Source: an uncultured SAR116 cluster alpha proteobacterium (GTDB lineage Bacteria > Pseudomonadota > Alphaproteobacteria > Puniceispirillales > Marisalimonadaceae). From it: a DNA stretch of 64,000 nucleotides. Below, piece after piece: positions 40,321 through 49,487 of this stretch. The first letter of the stretch is position 1. Every line of letters begins with the position of its first letter. The stretch covers positions 6,289 through 70,288 of the forward strand of contig CACNRW010000011.1 in the NCBI GenBank assembly GCA_902622875.1. The letters run 5' to 3'. The translations under genes were made by a program, and so were the position numbers. Under the pieces are notes generated by a model. It ran no database searches, was not told the DNA's origin, and worked only from the letters and a program-made list of their open reading frames with translations.

Positions 40321-40941
40321 ATGAATAATCAGAAAATTGTTAATAAAAAAGGTCGTCCAAAGACATTAGATTTGGAAAAACTTAAATATATTGCAATGTA
40401 TAACTATTGGTCAAATGGACCAACAAATGTTTCATTAAATGAAATTTGTTATAAAGCTAAAATTTCAAAACCAGGTTTTTATCGTGAATTTGGAGGTGAA
40501 GATGGTCTAATGAAATCAGTATTACTTCTATATAAAAACTCACTAATACAACAAATATTAGATATATTAAAGTTAGAAAAAACTTTTGATGAAACATTAG
40601 ATCTTTTAATGGCATATGTAATCGAAAACAGAGATAAAGAACAAAAAGAAAATGGTTGTCTTCTTGCTAAATTTCGTCAATCACGAAAAAAATTTGGCAA
40701 AAAAACACAAGAACAGATAGATATTATTTTGGAAGAACGATATTTAGTCTTTGAACTCTGGATTAAAAAGGCTAAATCAAAAGGAGAATTTTCTCTTCCA
40801 TTAACTTCAAATTTTGTTGCGAATTACATTATTTCACAACTTGATTACGCTGTATCTGGACTTGCTAATGGAGAAAAAAACAATAATATCAAAAATGTCT
40901 TAACTCTTGCCTTATCTGTACTTAGAAAAAAAATATCTTAA
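40321..40941 (+). CDS. TetR/AcrR family regulator (ComR/NemR-like)
   Basis: GRPKTLD, SLNEIC...ISKPGFYREFG HTH, GCLL. Confidence 0.92.
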   Translation: MNNQKIVNKKGRPKTLDLEKLKYIAMYNYWSNGPTNVSLNEICYKAKISKPGFYREFGGEDGLMKSVLLLYKNSLIQQILDILKLEKTFDETLDLLMAYVIENRDKEQKENGCLLAKFRQSRKKFGKKTQEQIDIILEERYLVFELWIKKAKSKGEFSLPLTSNFVANYIISQLDYAVSGLANGEKNNNIKNVLTLALSVLRKKIS

Positions 40942-40997
40942 ATTTTATAAGAATTATTGTTTTAAAAAGTCATTTTAAAATTCTTGATTTTAAATAG

Positions 40998-41011
40998 ATA
41001 CTAGTTAGTAT
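40998..41011. promoter_or_regulatory. Candidate TetR operator in the dctP copy 2 promoter
   Basis: ATAC-TAGTTA-GTAT, 8 nt after TTGATT (40984-40989), overlapping a TAGTAT -10. Confidence 0.6.
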
Positions 41012-41043
41012 TTATTTTTTATTTCAAAAAAGGGGGAGATTTA

Positions 41044-42144
41044 ATGATTAAAAATTTAAAAAACATTATACCTATAAGTATCCTAGCAAGTGGTTTAATG
41101 ATATCAGCATCTTTTGCAGATACAATTCTTTTAAGAGTTGGTTCAGGTCATCCTGCAAAACCTACTGCTTATGTTACTAATATGGAAAAAATTTTAGTGC
41201 CAAACATAAAAAAAAGAGTTGCATCTGAAACAAATCATAAAATCAAGATCATAGAGGCTTATGCGGGTAAAATTGCGAAAGTTCATGAAACATTAGAAGC
41301 AGTAGAAAAAGGTTTATTAGATATAGGCTCATATTGCGTATGTTTTGAAGCATCAAAACTTTTACCATGGAATTTTGACTATTTTTTACCTTTTACAGCA
41401 CAAAATTTAGAAACCACATGGGCAGTGAAACATAAAGTTATAAAAAAATTCCCTGCATTAACTGAAATGTTAGAAAAGAAATATAATCAAAAATTCCTTG
41501 GTATGACAGGTTGGGATGATTATGGCATTGGCACTGTTAAGCCATGGAGCAAAGCAAATGATTTAAAGGGAGTGAAGATAGTTGCTGCTGGTCCAAATTT
41601 ACCATGGGTTTCATTATTTGGCGCAGTACCAGTCACATCAACACTACCTACTCTGTATAACGACTTAGCTACTGGAGTTGGTGAAGGAAATATTATTTTT
41701 CCATCTGCCCAAGCTGGTGGATTTAAATTTTATGAAGTTGCCCCTTACTGGAAAGTAATGGGTTTTGGGGCAATGGCAGCTAATATTACAACTATAAACC
41801 TTGATACTTTAAATAAATTACCACCTGTAGTTGCTAAAATTGTTATTGAGGAAGCAAAAGTTTATGAATTAGCAGCAGTTAAAGATGCTCAGGCAAGATA
41901 TCAAAAAGGTTTACAAGATCTTGTAAAGTTTGGAAAGAAAAAAGGCATTAGTGATGCTGTTACTTATTTGCCGTTAGACCAACAAAAAATTTGGGCAAAT
42001 GTTATTAAAGATTGGCCAAATACTAGAGCACAAGATATTACAAAAGAATATGGAATTGATGGAGCAGCTCTAATGAATGCATACATAGAAGAAATTGAAA
42101 AAACAGGACATAAATTTCCAGTACGTTATAAAATTGGTGGTTAA
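41044..42144 (+). CDS. dctP: TRAP substrate-binding protein (copy 2, paralog of 37588..38688)
   Basis: 366 aa, gapless with copy 1; 79 differences counted by hand (about 78% identity). Confidence 0.92.
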   Translation: MIKNLKNIIPISILASGLMISASFADTILLRVGSGHPAKPTAYVTNMEKILVPNIKKRVASETNHKIKIIEAYAGKIAKVHETLEAVEKGLLDIGSYCVCFEASKLLPWNFDYFLPFTAQNLETTWAVKHKVIKKFPALTEMLEKKYNQKFLGMTGWDDYGIGTVKPWSKANDLKGVKIVAAGPNLPWVSLFGAVPVTSTLPTLYNDLATGVGEGNIIFPSAQAGGFKFYEVAPYWKVMGFGAMAANITTINLDTLNKLPPVVAKIVIEEAKVYELAAVKDAQARYQKGLQDLVKFGKKKGISDAVTYLPLDQQKIWANVIKDWPNTRAQDITKEYGIDGAALMNAYIEEIEKTGHKFPVRYKIGG

Positions 42145-42165
42145 TTAACTTAACATTTATATCAT

Positions 42166-42196
42166 ATAAAAGACGATCATTTAGATCGTCTTTTAT
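42166..42196 (+). terminator. Terminator after dctP copy 2
   Basis: ATAAAAGACGATC (42166-42178) / GATCGTCTTTTAT (42184-42196) perfect 13-bp stem. Confidence 0.8.
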
Positions 42197-42215
42197 GTTC
42201 TAAGGACGAATAATC

Positions 42216-42457
42216 ATGAAAGAAAATTTTTATTTTATTTTTTAACTTTTATTTCTGGAATTTTAATTACTATTTTTATAAGTGCTTTAGTAAATTTTTA
42301 GCTATTTCTGATATTAAATTTTTTTAATGTTTGGCCAAAAAACTGGCTTTACGCTGCATTGGCGGCTTTTCCCGTTATTATATTAGTTAGACCAATATCA
42401 CTGATAATTACTCAAAATTTAGCTAGTATTATTTTTTCTAATTACCATTATCAGTAA
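42216..42457 (+). pseudogene. Disrupted small membrane protein gene, DUF2798-like
   Basis: AAGGA RBS and ATG at 42216; ATG frame stops at 42243-42245. The shifted frame reads RKFLFYFLTFISGILITIFISALVNF*LFLILNFFNVWPKNWLYAALAAFPVIILVRPISLIITQNLASIIFSNYHYQ*. Confidence 0.55.
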
Positions 42458-42490
42458 TTCTTATCGAACCCATAAGAATTTATTGTTTAA
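42450..42490 (+). promoter_or_regulatory. Candidate LysR site F (faces the second TTT operon)
   Basis: ATCAGTAATTCTTAT (42450-42464, 1 mismatch), 17-nt gap, ATTGTTTAA (42482-42490). Confidence 0.5.
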
Positions 42491-42548
42491 TTATTTAGTA
42501 TTTATTTAATAGCATATTTAGCTATCTGTAATAAATAGGGAGGTTAAC

Positions 42549-43658
42549 ATGAAAATAAATAATAATAATATTTCTAGAAGAAGTGTTTTAAAAGGAGCCG
42601 GAGCTACTTTTGTTGCTTTGGAAATAGGTCTGTCATCGTCAATTGCTGCAGCATCAAATTGGCCTTCTAAACCAATTACTGTTGTAATTATGTATGGTGC
42701 CGGTGGTGGTACAGATACTATTACAAGGGTCTTGGTCGACGAAATGGCTAAAAACACTGGTTGGAATATTAAAGCTATTAATAAACCCGGAGCTGTTGGA
42801 GGAATTGCAACAAAATATGTTTCCGCTCAAAAATCTGACGGTTACACCATTTTAGGTGCAGCTAACTATAACAAGTTTGTTAGAGTTATGGGTCACATGC
42901 CTGCTGATCAATTGCCTTGGGAAAATTGGGTGTTTATGCAAGCAGCAAATTCATTAGCTAGTTGGTCAGTTAGACCAGATTCACCATATAAAACGTTTGA
43001 CGATGTAGTTAAAGCAGCCAAGAAAAATCCTGGTAAAATATCTATTTCAACCTCAGGAACCGGTGGTTTATGGCATGAATTGGCTTTATTGGTAAGTGAT
43101 GCTGCTGACATACGTTTAAAGTTTGTTCCGTATAAAGGGGGTAAAAAGGCTACCCTTGCAGGACTTCAAGGTGAGACTGACATTGCTGGCGGTGGTGTTC
43201 ATGAACATATAAGCTTAGTGAGAGCTGGGAAGCTAAGAAACATTCAACAAACTGGAAGAAGTGACATAAAAGTTGATGGAATCAAATTACCATCTATTGG
43301 GTCGATTTTACCTTCAACAAAACCATTTTTACCATTTGGAGGTTGCTATAACTTAATTATGCAAAGAGATACACCTGCAGAAGTTATTAAAATGGTAGCT
43401 GCAGAATATAAGAAAGCTGTGGCATCTGATAAATTTATGTCGATTGCAAAGAAAAAGTTTTTTGACATAGATGTTAAGTTTGGAGAAGATGCTGATAAGA
43501 GAGCAGCACAACTTGAAACAATGACTGTACATACTTTTAACAAATATGCAGATCAAATGGGCAAAAAAGTTAAAAATAATAATGAGTTAGGGCTGCCAAC
43601 ACCTGATAATTTTGAAAAATGGTGGCCACCTAAAGGATATAAACCTATTGAAATTTAG
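42549..43658 (+). CDS. tctC: TTT substrate-binding protein (TctC/Bug) with Tat signal
   Basis: ISRRSVLKG twin-arginine motif, WPSKPITVVIMYGAGGGTD, NKPGAVG, DGYT, PYKGG. Confidence 0.92.
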   Translation: MKINNNNISRRSVLKGAGATFVALEIGLSSSIAAASNWPSKPITVVIMYGAGGGTDTITRVLVDEMAKNTGWNIKAINKPGAVGGIATKYVSAQKSDGYTILGAANYNKFVRVMGHMPADQLPWENWVFMQAANSLASWSVRPDSPYKTFDDVVKAAKKNPGKISISTSGTGGLWHELALLVSDAADIRLKFVPYKGGKKATLAGLQGETDIAGGGVHEHISLVRAGKLRNIQQTGRSDIKVDGIKLPSIGSILPSTKPFLPFGGCYNLIMQRDTPAEVIKMVAAEYKKAVASDKFMSIAKKKFFDIDVKFGEDADKRAAQLETMTVHTFNKYADQMGKKVKNNNELGLPTPDNFEKWWPPKGYKPIEI

Positions 43659-43661
43659 TTT

Positions 43662-44216
43662 ATGGAAGAAAATTTAAATAAAAGAAAATATATATCTGAA
43701 GATGAAGGAGCAGGTAAAGCTGCTCCTGTCATCGAAATTATTTCATCTCTATTTCTTGTTTTAGTCATAATTTGGTTTTTATTTGAATCTTTGAAAATTA
43801 ATATTCCTGATAATAATTTTTTAACTGCTCCATCATTGTTACCTATTATTTTTTCAATTTCTATATTAGTAATGTTGTTACTAATTTTAAAAAATGGAGT
43901 AAAATCTTTAAACATAAAAAATAAAGTAAGTGCAATCAAATCAGTCACTTATATTAAAAAATTAATATCACCAATCATACTATTTATTTATATTTTTTTA
44001 TTAACAAATTTTACATTTTCTTACGATTTAAATATTTATATTTTGTCCTTAAATATTGGTCCTTTCCTTTTTTTTACCTTCATTTTTACTACTTTGTTAC
44101 TATTCATTTATTGGAAAGCTAAAATTATCAATTGTATAATAACTTCATTAGTTTGGTCTATATTGTTATCATTAAGTTTTACTAATTTTTTTAATATTCC
44201 ATTACCAGGTAGTTAA
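43662..44216 (+). CDS. tctB: TTT small membrane subunit (TctB-like)
   Basis: Hydrophobic, APSLLP, C-terminal FTNFFNIPLPG; between tctC and tctA. Confidence 0.75.
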   Translation: MEENLNKRKYISEDEGAGKAAPVIEIISSLFLVLVIIWFLFESLKINIPDNNFLTAPSLLPIIFSISILVMLLLILKNGVKSLNIKNKVSAIKSVTYIKKLISPIILFIYIFLLTNFTFSYDLNIYILSLNIGPFLFFTFIFTTLLLFIYWKAKIINCIITSLVWSILLSLSFTNFFNIPLPGS

Positions 44217-45686
44217 ATGATTTATGAGACTCTATTAAGTGTTTTTCAGCCATTTCTTTTATTAATAATAATTACAGGCGTTTCACTTGGAATTATCTGG
44301 GGTGCATTGCCTGGATTATCAACAACAATGGCTATGGCGCTATTAATAGGTTTTACATCTACCATGAGTCAAGATATTGCGATTTGTTTTATGTTAGGTG
44401 TTTATACAGGGTCTGTATTTGGAGGTGCTATATCAGCTATTCTAATTAATATTCCTGGGACACCCGACGCTGTTCCAACAATGATAGAAGGTCATGCTTT
44501 AGCAAAAAAAGGTGAAGCTGGCACTGCTCTTGGCACATCAATTTTTGGATCCTTTATAGGTAATTGGGTAGGTATACTACTTTTAATTTTTTTAATGCCC
44601 TTCCTCATTGCCATTGCATTAAAATTTAAGTCTTGGGAGATGTTCTTACTGGCAATTATAGGGATTTCAGTTTGTGGAACTATGTGTTCTGGTGAGCTCC
44701 CTATAAAAGGATGGATAGTAGGCTTTATTGGAATTTTGATTTCTATGGTAGGAATAGATCCAATTTATGGTGTTGAAAGATATACTTTTGACAATCCAAA
44801 TCTCTACGACGGATTTAGTTACATTCCAATTTTAATTGGTTTATTTGGAATTTGTGAGATCATTAAGACATTACCTAATGATAATAAGTCACCTATTCCT
44901 AGATCTATCGGAAAACTATTTTTACCTTTCTCTAAGTTAAGAAAATACATTTTTACAGCATTTAGATCAGGTTTAATTGGTACTTTTATTGGAGCACTTC
45001 CTGGTGCAGGGGCAAATGTTGCATCATTTCTTTCATATGACATAGGAAGAAAACAAGCATCAAAAAAAGAAAAAGAAAAGTGGGGAAAAGGAAGTTATGA
45101 GGCAATAGTTTGTGCTGAAGTTGCCAACAATGCTAATATAGGTGGATCAATGTTGCCTACTTTAGCACTAGGTATACCTGGCAATGCAGCAGCTGCAGCT
45201 TTGCTTGCTGCTTTAACAATGAAAAATGTAGTGGTAGGCCCAACTATTGAAATTGATCATCCTGGCTTGGTATACTTTATCTATGCTGTTTTGTTAGTTG
45301 CTAATTTTTTTATGTATGCTATGGCAATAGCTTTAATAAAACCATGTATTAAATTATTCTCCCTAAGCAGAGGGCTTTTACTGCCACTAATTATACCAGT
45401 TTGTATTTTAGGGGCATATGCGGCCAGGCTTAATCTATCAGATTTATGGGTAATGTTTTATGCAGGAATATTTGGTTATTTTCTTACTATGTCAAAGTAC
45501 CCTACTGCGCCAGCAGTTTTGGGGGTTATTTTAGGTCCAATGGCAGATGAAAATTTAAGAAGGTCTTTGATGATTTTTTCAGAAAAAAATATTAGTTATT
45601 TTTTTGAGCAATATATTGGATTAATTTTATTGTTAATATTAACTTATGTAATATATGACGGAATAAAAAGATTAAGATTAAATTAA
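44217..45686 (+). CDS. tctA: TTT large permease (TctA family)
   Basis: GALPGLS, GGAISAILINIPG, EVANNA, LALGIPG, ILGPMADENLRR. Confidence 0.95.
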   Translation: MIYETLLSVFQPFLLLIIITGVSLGIIWGALPGLSTTMAMALLIGFTSTMSQDIAICFMLGVYTGSVFGGAISAILINIPGTPDAVPTMIEGHALAKKGEAGTALGTSIFGSFIGNWVGILLLIFLMPFLIAIALKFKSWEMFLLAIIGISVCGTMCSGELPIKGWIVGFIGILISMVGIDPIYGVERYTFDNPNLYDGFSYIPILIGLFGICEIIKTLPNDNKSPIPRSIGKLFLPFSKLRKYIFTAFRSGLIGTFIGALPGAGANVASFLSYDIGRKQASKKEKEKWGKGSYEAIVCAEVANNANIGGSMLPTLALGIPGNAAAAALLAALTMKNVVVGPTIEIDHPGLVYFIYAVLLVANFFMYAMAIALIKPCIKLFSLSRGLLLPLIIPVCILGAYAARLNLSDLWVMFYAGIFGYFLTMSKYPTAPAVLGVILGPMADENLRRSLMIFSEKNISYFFEQYIGLILLLILTYVIYDGIKRLRLN

Positions 45687-45689
45687 ACT

Positions 45690-46466
45690 TTAATTCAATA
45701 TAGCTACTACTCTGACGAAACCTGCTGAACCATTCTTTATTTTAAATGGAAATGCAGATACAGTAAAACCAAAATCTGGTAATTTATCTAAATTGGCTAA
45801 CTTTTCAATATGTGAGTAGCCCGTAACCATTCCAGCTCTGTGTCCTTCCCAAATAATTGAAGGATTTTTACTTATTTTATATTTTTCTGCAGTGTGAATA
45901 AACGGTGCATCCCAACTCCAAGCATCAGTCCCAGTAACTCTCACTCCTTGATCAAGTAAAAAAAGTGTTGCTTCTTTTCCGATGCCACACCCCTTCGATA
46001 AAAAATCATCTTGTCCGTATCTTTCACCAGCAGAAGTATTAATTAAAACAATATCAAGAGATTTTAGGGTATATTTAATTTTTTTTAATTCCGCACTTAA
46101 ATCGTTTTTTGTTAAAACATAACCATCATCATAAGAGCGCAAATCTAACTTAACACCATCACTAAAACACCATTCTAATGGTATCTCATCTATTGTAAAG
46201 GCTCTGTCTCCATTATTCATGGTAGAATGATAATGGTATGGAGCATCCATATGTGTACCGTTATGAGTGCTAACGGTTATTGTTTCCATGGCCCAACCTT
46301 CACCACCTGGCAAATCTGATTGTTTTAATCCAGGAAAAAAGCTTGTCATTTCCTCAGCCGTTTCTTGATGATGATGATATTTAATCTTCGGTAACATAAA
46401 ATCAGGATCAGATTTTATTCCCTCTTGCAAACTTACTGACAAATCTATGAATTTTTTTTTCATCAC
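45690..46466 (-). CDS. Cyclase family metal-dependent hydrolase
   Basis: THNGTHMDAPYH, GTDAWSWD, HIEKLANL, PFKIKNGSAG; start 46466 (GTG) or 46463 (ATG). Confidence 0.9.
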   Translation of the reverse strand: MMKKKFIDLSVSLQEGIKSDPDFMLPKIKYHHHQETAEEMTSFFPGLKQSDLPGGEGWAMETITVSTHNGTHMDAPYHYHSTMNNGDRAFTIDEIPLEWCFSDGVKLDLRSYDDGYVLTKNDLSAELKKIKYTLKSLDIVLINTSAGERYGQDDFLSKGCGIGKEATLFLLDQGVRVTGTDAWSWDAPFIHTAEKYKISKNPSIIWEGHRAGMVTGYSHIEKLANLDKLPDFGFTVSAFPFKIKNGSAGFVRVVAILN

Positions 46467-46470
46467 ACCC

Positions 46471-46770
46471 TCAATTCAAACTATTAGACAAATTATCTAC
46501 TCTCTTATTAAAAGGTGAAATTGTAATTTCATTCCACACGCCAGCTTTATATATTGGATCATTAATCTGAAATTCTTTTATTTCTTCAATAGTTTCAGCT
46601 TCTACCATAAAGAAAGAACCATTCATTATATCGCCTGCTTCATTAGTCAACGGACCAGATAAAAGTGTTTTAATTGGATTTGTTGATAAATACTTTCTAT
46701 GTTCGTCAATTACATCCATTCTTTTTTTAAAAGAATTTGGCTTATCTTTACATAATATAACCCAGATCAT
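46471..46770 (-). CDS. YciI family protein
   Basis: CKDKP, R...HRKYL, SGPL, GS, DPIYKAG. Confidence 0.9.
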   Translation of the reverse strand: MIWVILCKDKPNSFKKRMDVIDEHRKYLSTNPIKTLLSGPLTNEAGDIMNGSFFMVEAETIEEIKEFQINDPIYKAGVWNEITISPFNKRVDNLSNSLN

Positions 46771-46789
46771 TTCAAAACCTTAATGCTAT

Positions 46790-47353
46790 TTAGTTATTAG
46801 TAGCTTCAAATTGTTTTATTCTTTCATATGCCAAATCTGTAAATTCAGCCTTGGGTGCATTTCCTGCGATAACAACAAGCAAGATATGATCCTTATCTTC
46901 TTCACCTTCTGTTACATTCATAAAACGCCTAGAACAACCAGGTGGAAATGATATGACATCACATGGGCCAAGATCTACGTGCTCAAGTTCATCACCCTCG
47001 TTCCACTCACATCTCCATTTGCCAGTTATTGGCATAAAAGTCTCATTAGTGTCATGATTATGCATCAAAGGACCCTTTCCAGGTTTACATCTACAAAAAC
47101 CAAGATTAAAGCCTTCAGATATATTTATAGCAGGCATCTGTGCATTATCATTACCAAGCGGTGATACGTGCTTGCTATCACCCTTTGGTGGCTCAAATCC
47201 AATAATATTAATTAACTCTCTAGTACATTCTGGAAGTTTACTATCTGGCAAACCTAATTTAGAACCACTCTGATTGGAAAAAAATGCAATTCTTTTATCC
47301 ATGTCTTCTCTTGATAATGTTTTTATCTCTGGAAGTTTTGTGTCTGTTTTCAT
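46790..47353 (-). CDS. Cupin-domain protein
   Basis: GPLMHNHDTNETF metal motif, LGPCDVISFPPG. Confidence 0.85.
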   Translation of the reverse strand: MKTDTKLPEIKTLSREDMDKRIAFFSNQSGSKLGLPDSKLPECTRELINIIGFEPPKGDSKHVSPLGNDNAQMPAINISEGFNLGFCRCKPGKGPLMHNHDTNETFMPITGKWRCEWNEGDELEHVDLGPCDVISFPPGCSRRFMNVTEGEEDKDHILLVVIAGNAPKAEFTDLAYERIKQFEATNN

Positions 47354-47362
47354 AATAATCCC

Positions 47363-48238
47363 CTATTTATTATTAATTTTTAGTTGTTCAAAAATTGCAG
47401 CAGTATCATACGTTATTGGAATATTATCTTTAGATTGATTATACAAAGCAGCAGCAGCGTCAAAAGTTGGAGAAATCATGCTATTTTGTTTTAAAAAATT
47501 ACTAATAATATCAATATCTTTTAAAAATATTCTCATGGAAGCAGTTGCAGGCTCATAATCTTCACTTATCATTAATGGCATTCGTTTATCTAGCATGATA
47601 GATGTTGCAGCTCCTTCATTAAGTACTTCATAAATCTTTTGGCTATCTAGCCCCACCTTTTGGCCTAATAATAAAGCTTCTGCAGTTACCGCATTATGAA
47701 CTGTTACTAATAGATTAGCTAAAATCTTAAACTTAATCCCGTTACCAAATTCACCAACAAAGATATTTTTCCTAGCAAAGCTGTCAAAAATATCTTTACA
47801 ATCATCAATTATCTTTTCACTTCCACTTGACATTACAACAAGATCTTTAGTTTTGGCTTGTGCTCCGGTACCACTAACAGGAGCATCTACAAAGGAAACA
47901 TTTAGTTTCTCTAATTTATTTTTGGCGTCTAGTTTGTCTTCCAGAGATATTGTATTCATGTCGATAATGACTTTTGGATCTTTAAAATAACTACAGCTTT
48001 CTATTTCATTTATCACATTATGAAAAATAGGAACGGTTGGCAAACTTAGAATAATCACATTACTTTTTTTAAGTAAATTATTGATATTATTTAATAATAC
48101 ACCACCATATAATGTAAAAGAATTCGAGTTTTTTTTATCTGGATCAATACCAAAGACTTTGAAATTATTTTCAAGTAAATGCTTTGCATATTCACCGCCC
48201 ATAGCACCAAGGCCTATTGAACCTATAATCTTTGACAA
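47363..48238 (-). CDS. Beta-hydroxyacid dehydrogenase family
   Basis: IGLGAMG, DAPVSGTG, GNGIKFKILAN; TTG start after GGGGA. Confidence 0.88.
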   Translation of the reverse strand: MSKIIGSIGLGAMGGEYAKHLLENNFKVFGIDPDKKNSNSFTLYGGVLLNNINNLLKKSNVIILSLPTVPIFHNVINEIESCSYFKDPKVIIDMNTISLEDKLDAKNKLEKLNVSFVDAPVSGTGAQAKTKDLVVMSSGSEKIIDDCKDIFDSFARKNIFVGEFGNGIKFKILANLLVTVHNAVTAEALLLGQKVGLDSQKIYEVLNEGAATSIMLDKRMPLMISEDYEPATASMRIFLKDIDIISNFLKQNSMISPTFDAAAALYNQSKDNIPITYDTAAIFEQLKINNK

Positions 48239-48292
48239 GTCATTCCCCCAATAATCTTAAATTAACTTTACCTAAATATATAAGATAATTAA

Positions 48293-48333
48293 ATCATACT
48301 TTCTGATAGACTTCATAAAAAATAATCATTTAA
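48293..48333 (+). promoter_or_regulatory. Candidate LysR site G (faces the LLM operon)
   Basis: ATCATACTTTCTGAT (48293-48307), 17-nt gap, ATCATTTAA (48325-48333). Confidence 0.65.
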
Positions 48334-48381
48334 TATTTTTTGATCAATATTTTATGTTATAATTTTATTGGAGGTTTTAAA

Positions 48382-49479
48382 ATGGATGTTGGATTTTTTA
48401 CTATGCCGATACACCCAATCGATAAAGATTACAAAAAATCTTTATTAGAGGACAGGCATGCTTTTTTATTAGCAGATAGATTAGGTTTTTCAGAAGCATA
48501 TTGTGGTGAACACGTCACAGATGCTGCGGAAAATATAACTTCAAGTGCACTATTCATAGCCTCTATTGCATCATGCACAAAGAATATAAGGCTAGGAACA
48601 GGCACTGTAAATATGCCTAACTCTCATCCTGCAGCTATTGCAGGACAAATTGCAATGTTAGACCATATGCTAGATGGTCGTTTGAATTTTGGTATTAGTC
48701 CTGGAGGCCTTGCTTCAGACGCGGAAGTCTTTGGAAATCTTGATAAAAATAGAAACGAAATGTTTGTTGAATGTATTGATATGGTTTTAGAAATCTGGAA
48801 AAGAGATGCACCATACAATATCAAGGGAAAATACTGGAATGTTTCAACGGAAAGAACCCAAATGACTGAAATTGGTCAGGGAATAATGCAAAAGCCTTTG
48901 CAAAAGCCCTACCCTCCAATAATTTGTACTGTTGTTGCACCCTTTTCAAAAGGCCTTGTGGCAGCTGCTGCACGTGGCTGGCAACCTATATCTGCTAACT
49001 TTTTATTACCAAAGTGGGCAAAAACTCATTGGCCTAGCTATGTTCAAGGCTGTGAAGAAAGTGGCTTAGAGGTAGATTCAAAAAAATGGAGAGTTGCTAA
49101 GTCTATTTTTGTTTGTGAAGATAGAAATAAAGCAAAGGAATATGCTTTAGGGAATGGTAGCCCTTATGTTTTTTATTATAAACAACTGCTTACGAAAATG
49201 TTGAAACATGGAAGAGCCAATTTATTTAAAGAAGATCAAAACATGGCTGATGGTGACTTAAAATTGGAAGATATCTGTAATAAATTGATTTTATATGGAT
49301 CTGCTGACGAAGTTGCTGACAAAATACTAGAATTTAGAGAAGAAGTTGGAGATTTTGGAACTTTATTATACGCAGGTCACGATTGGGCAGATGTTGATTT
49401 AGCAAAAAAATCTATGGAGTTAATGGCAGAAAAAGTAATGCCCAAAATAAATGATAATATTAAGATTGCTGCTGAGTAG
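48382..49479 (+). CDS. Luciferase-like (LLM class) flavin-dependent monooxygenase
   Basis: GFFTMP, GEH, IRLGTG, HPAAIAGQIAMLDH, KPLQKPYPP; ATG 48382 has a GGAGG RBS (ORF track starts at 48340). Confidence 0.92.
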   Translation: MDVGFFTMPIHPIDKDYKKSLLEDRHAFLLADRLGFSEAYCGEHVTDAAENITSSALFIASIASCTKNIRLGTGTVNMPNSHPAAIAGQIAMLDHMLDGRLNFGISPGGLASDAEVFGNLDKNRNEMFVECIDMVLEIWKRDAPYNIKGKYWNVSTERTQMTEIGQGIMQKPLQKPYPPIICTVVAPFSKGLVAAAARGWQPISANFLLPKWAKTHWPSYVQGCEESGLEVDSKKWRVAKSIFVCEDRNKAKEYALGNGSPYVFYYKQLLTKMLKHGRANLFKEDQNMADGDLKLEDICNKLILYGSADEVADKILEFREEVGDFGTLLYAGHDWADVDLAKKSMELMAEKVMPKINDNIKIAAE

Positions 49480-49487
49480 GATATATT

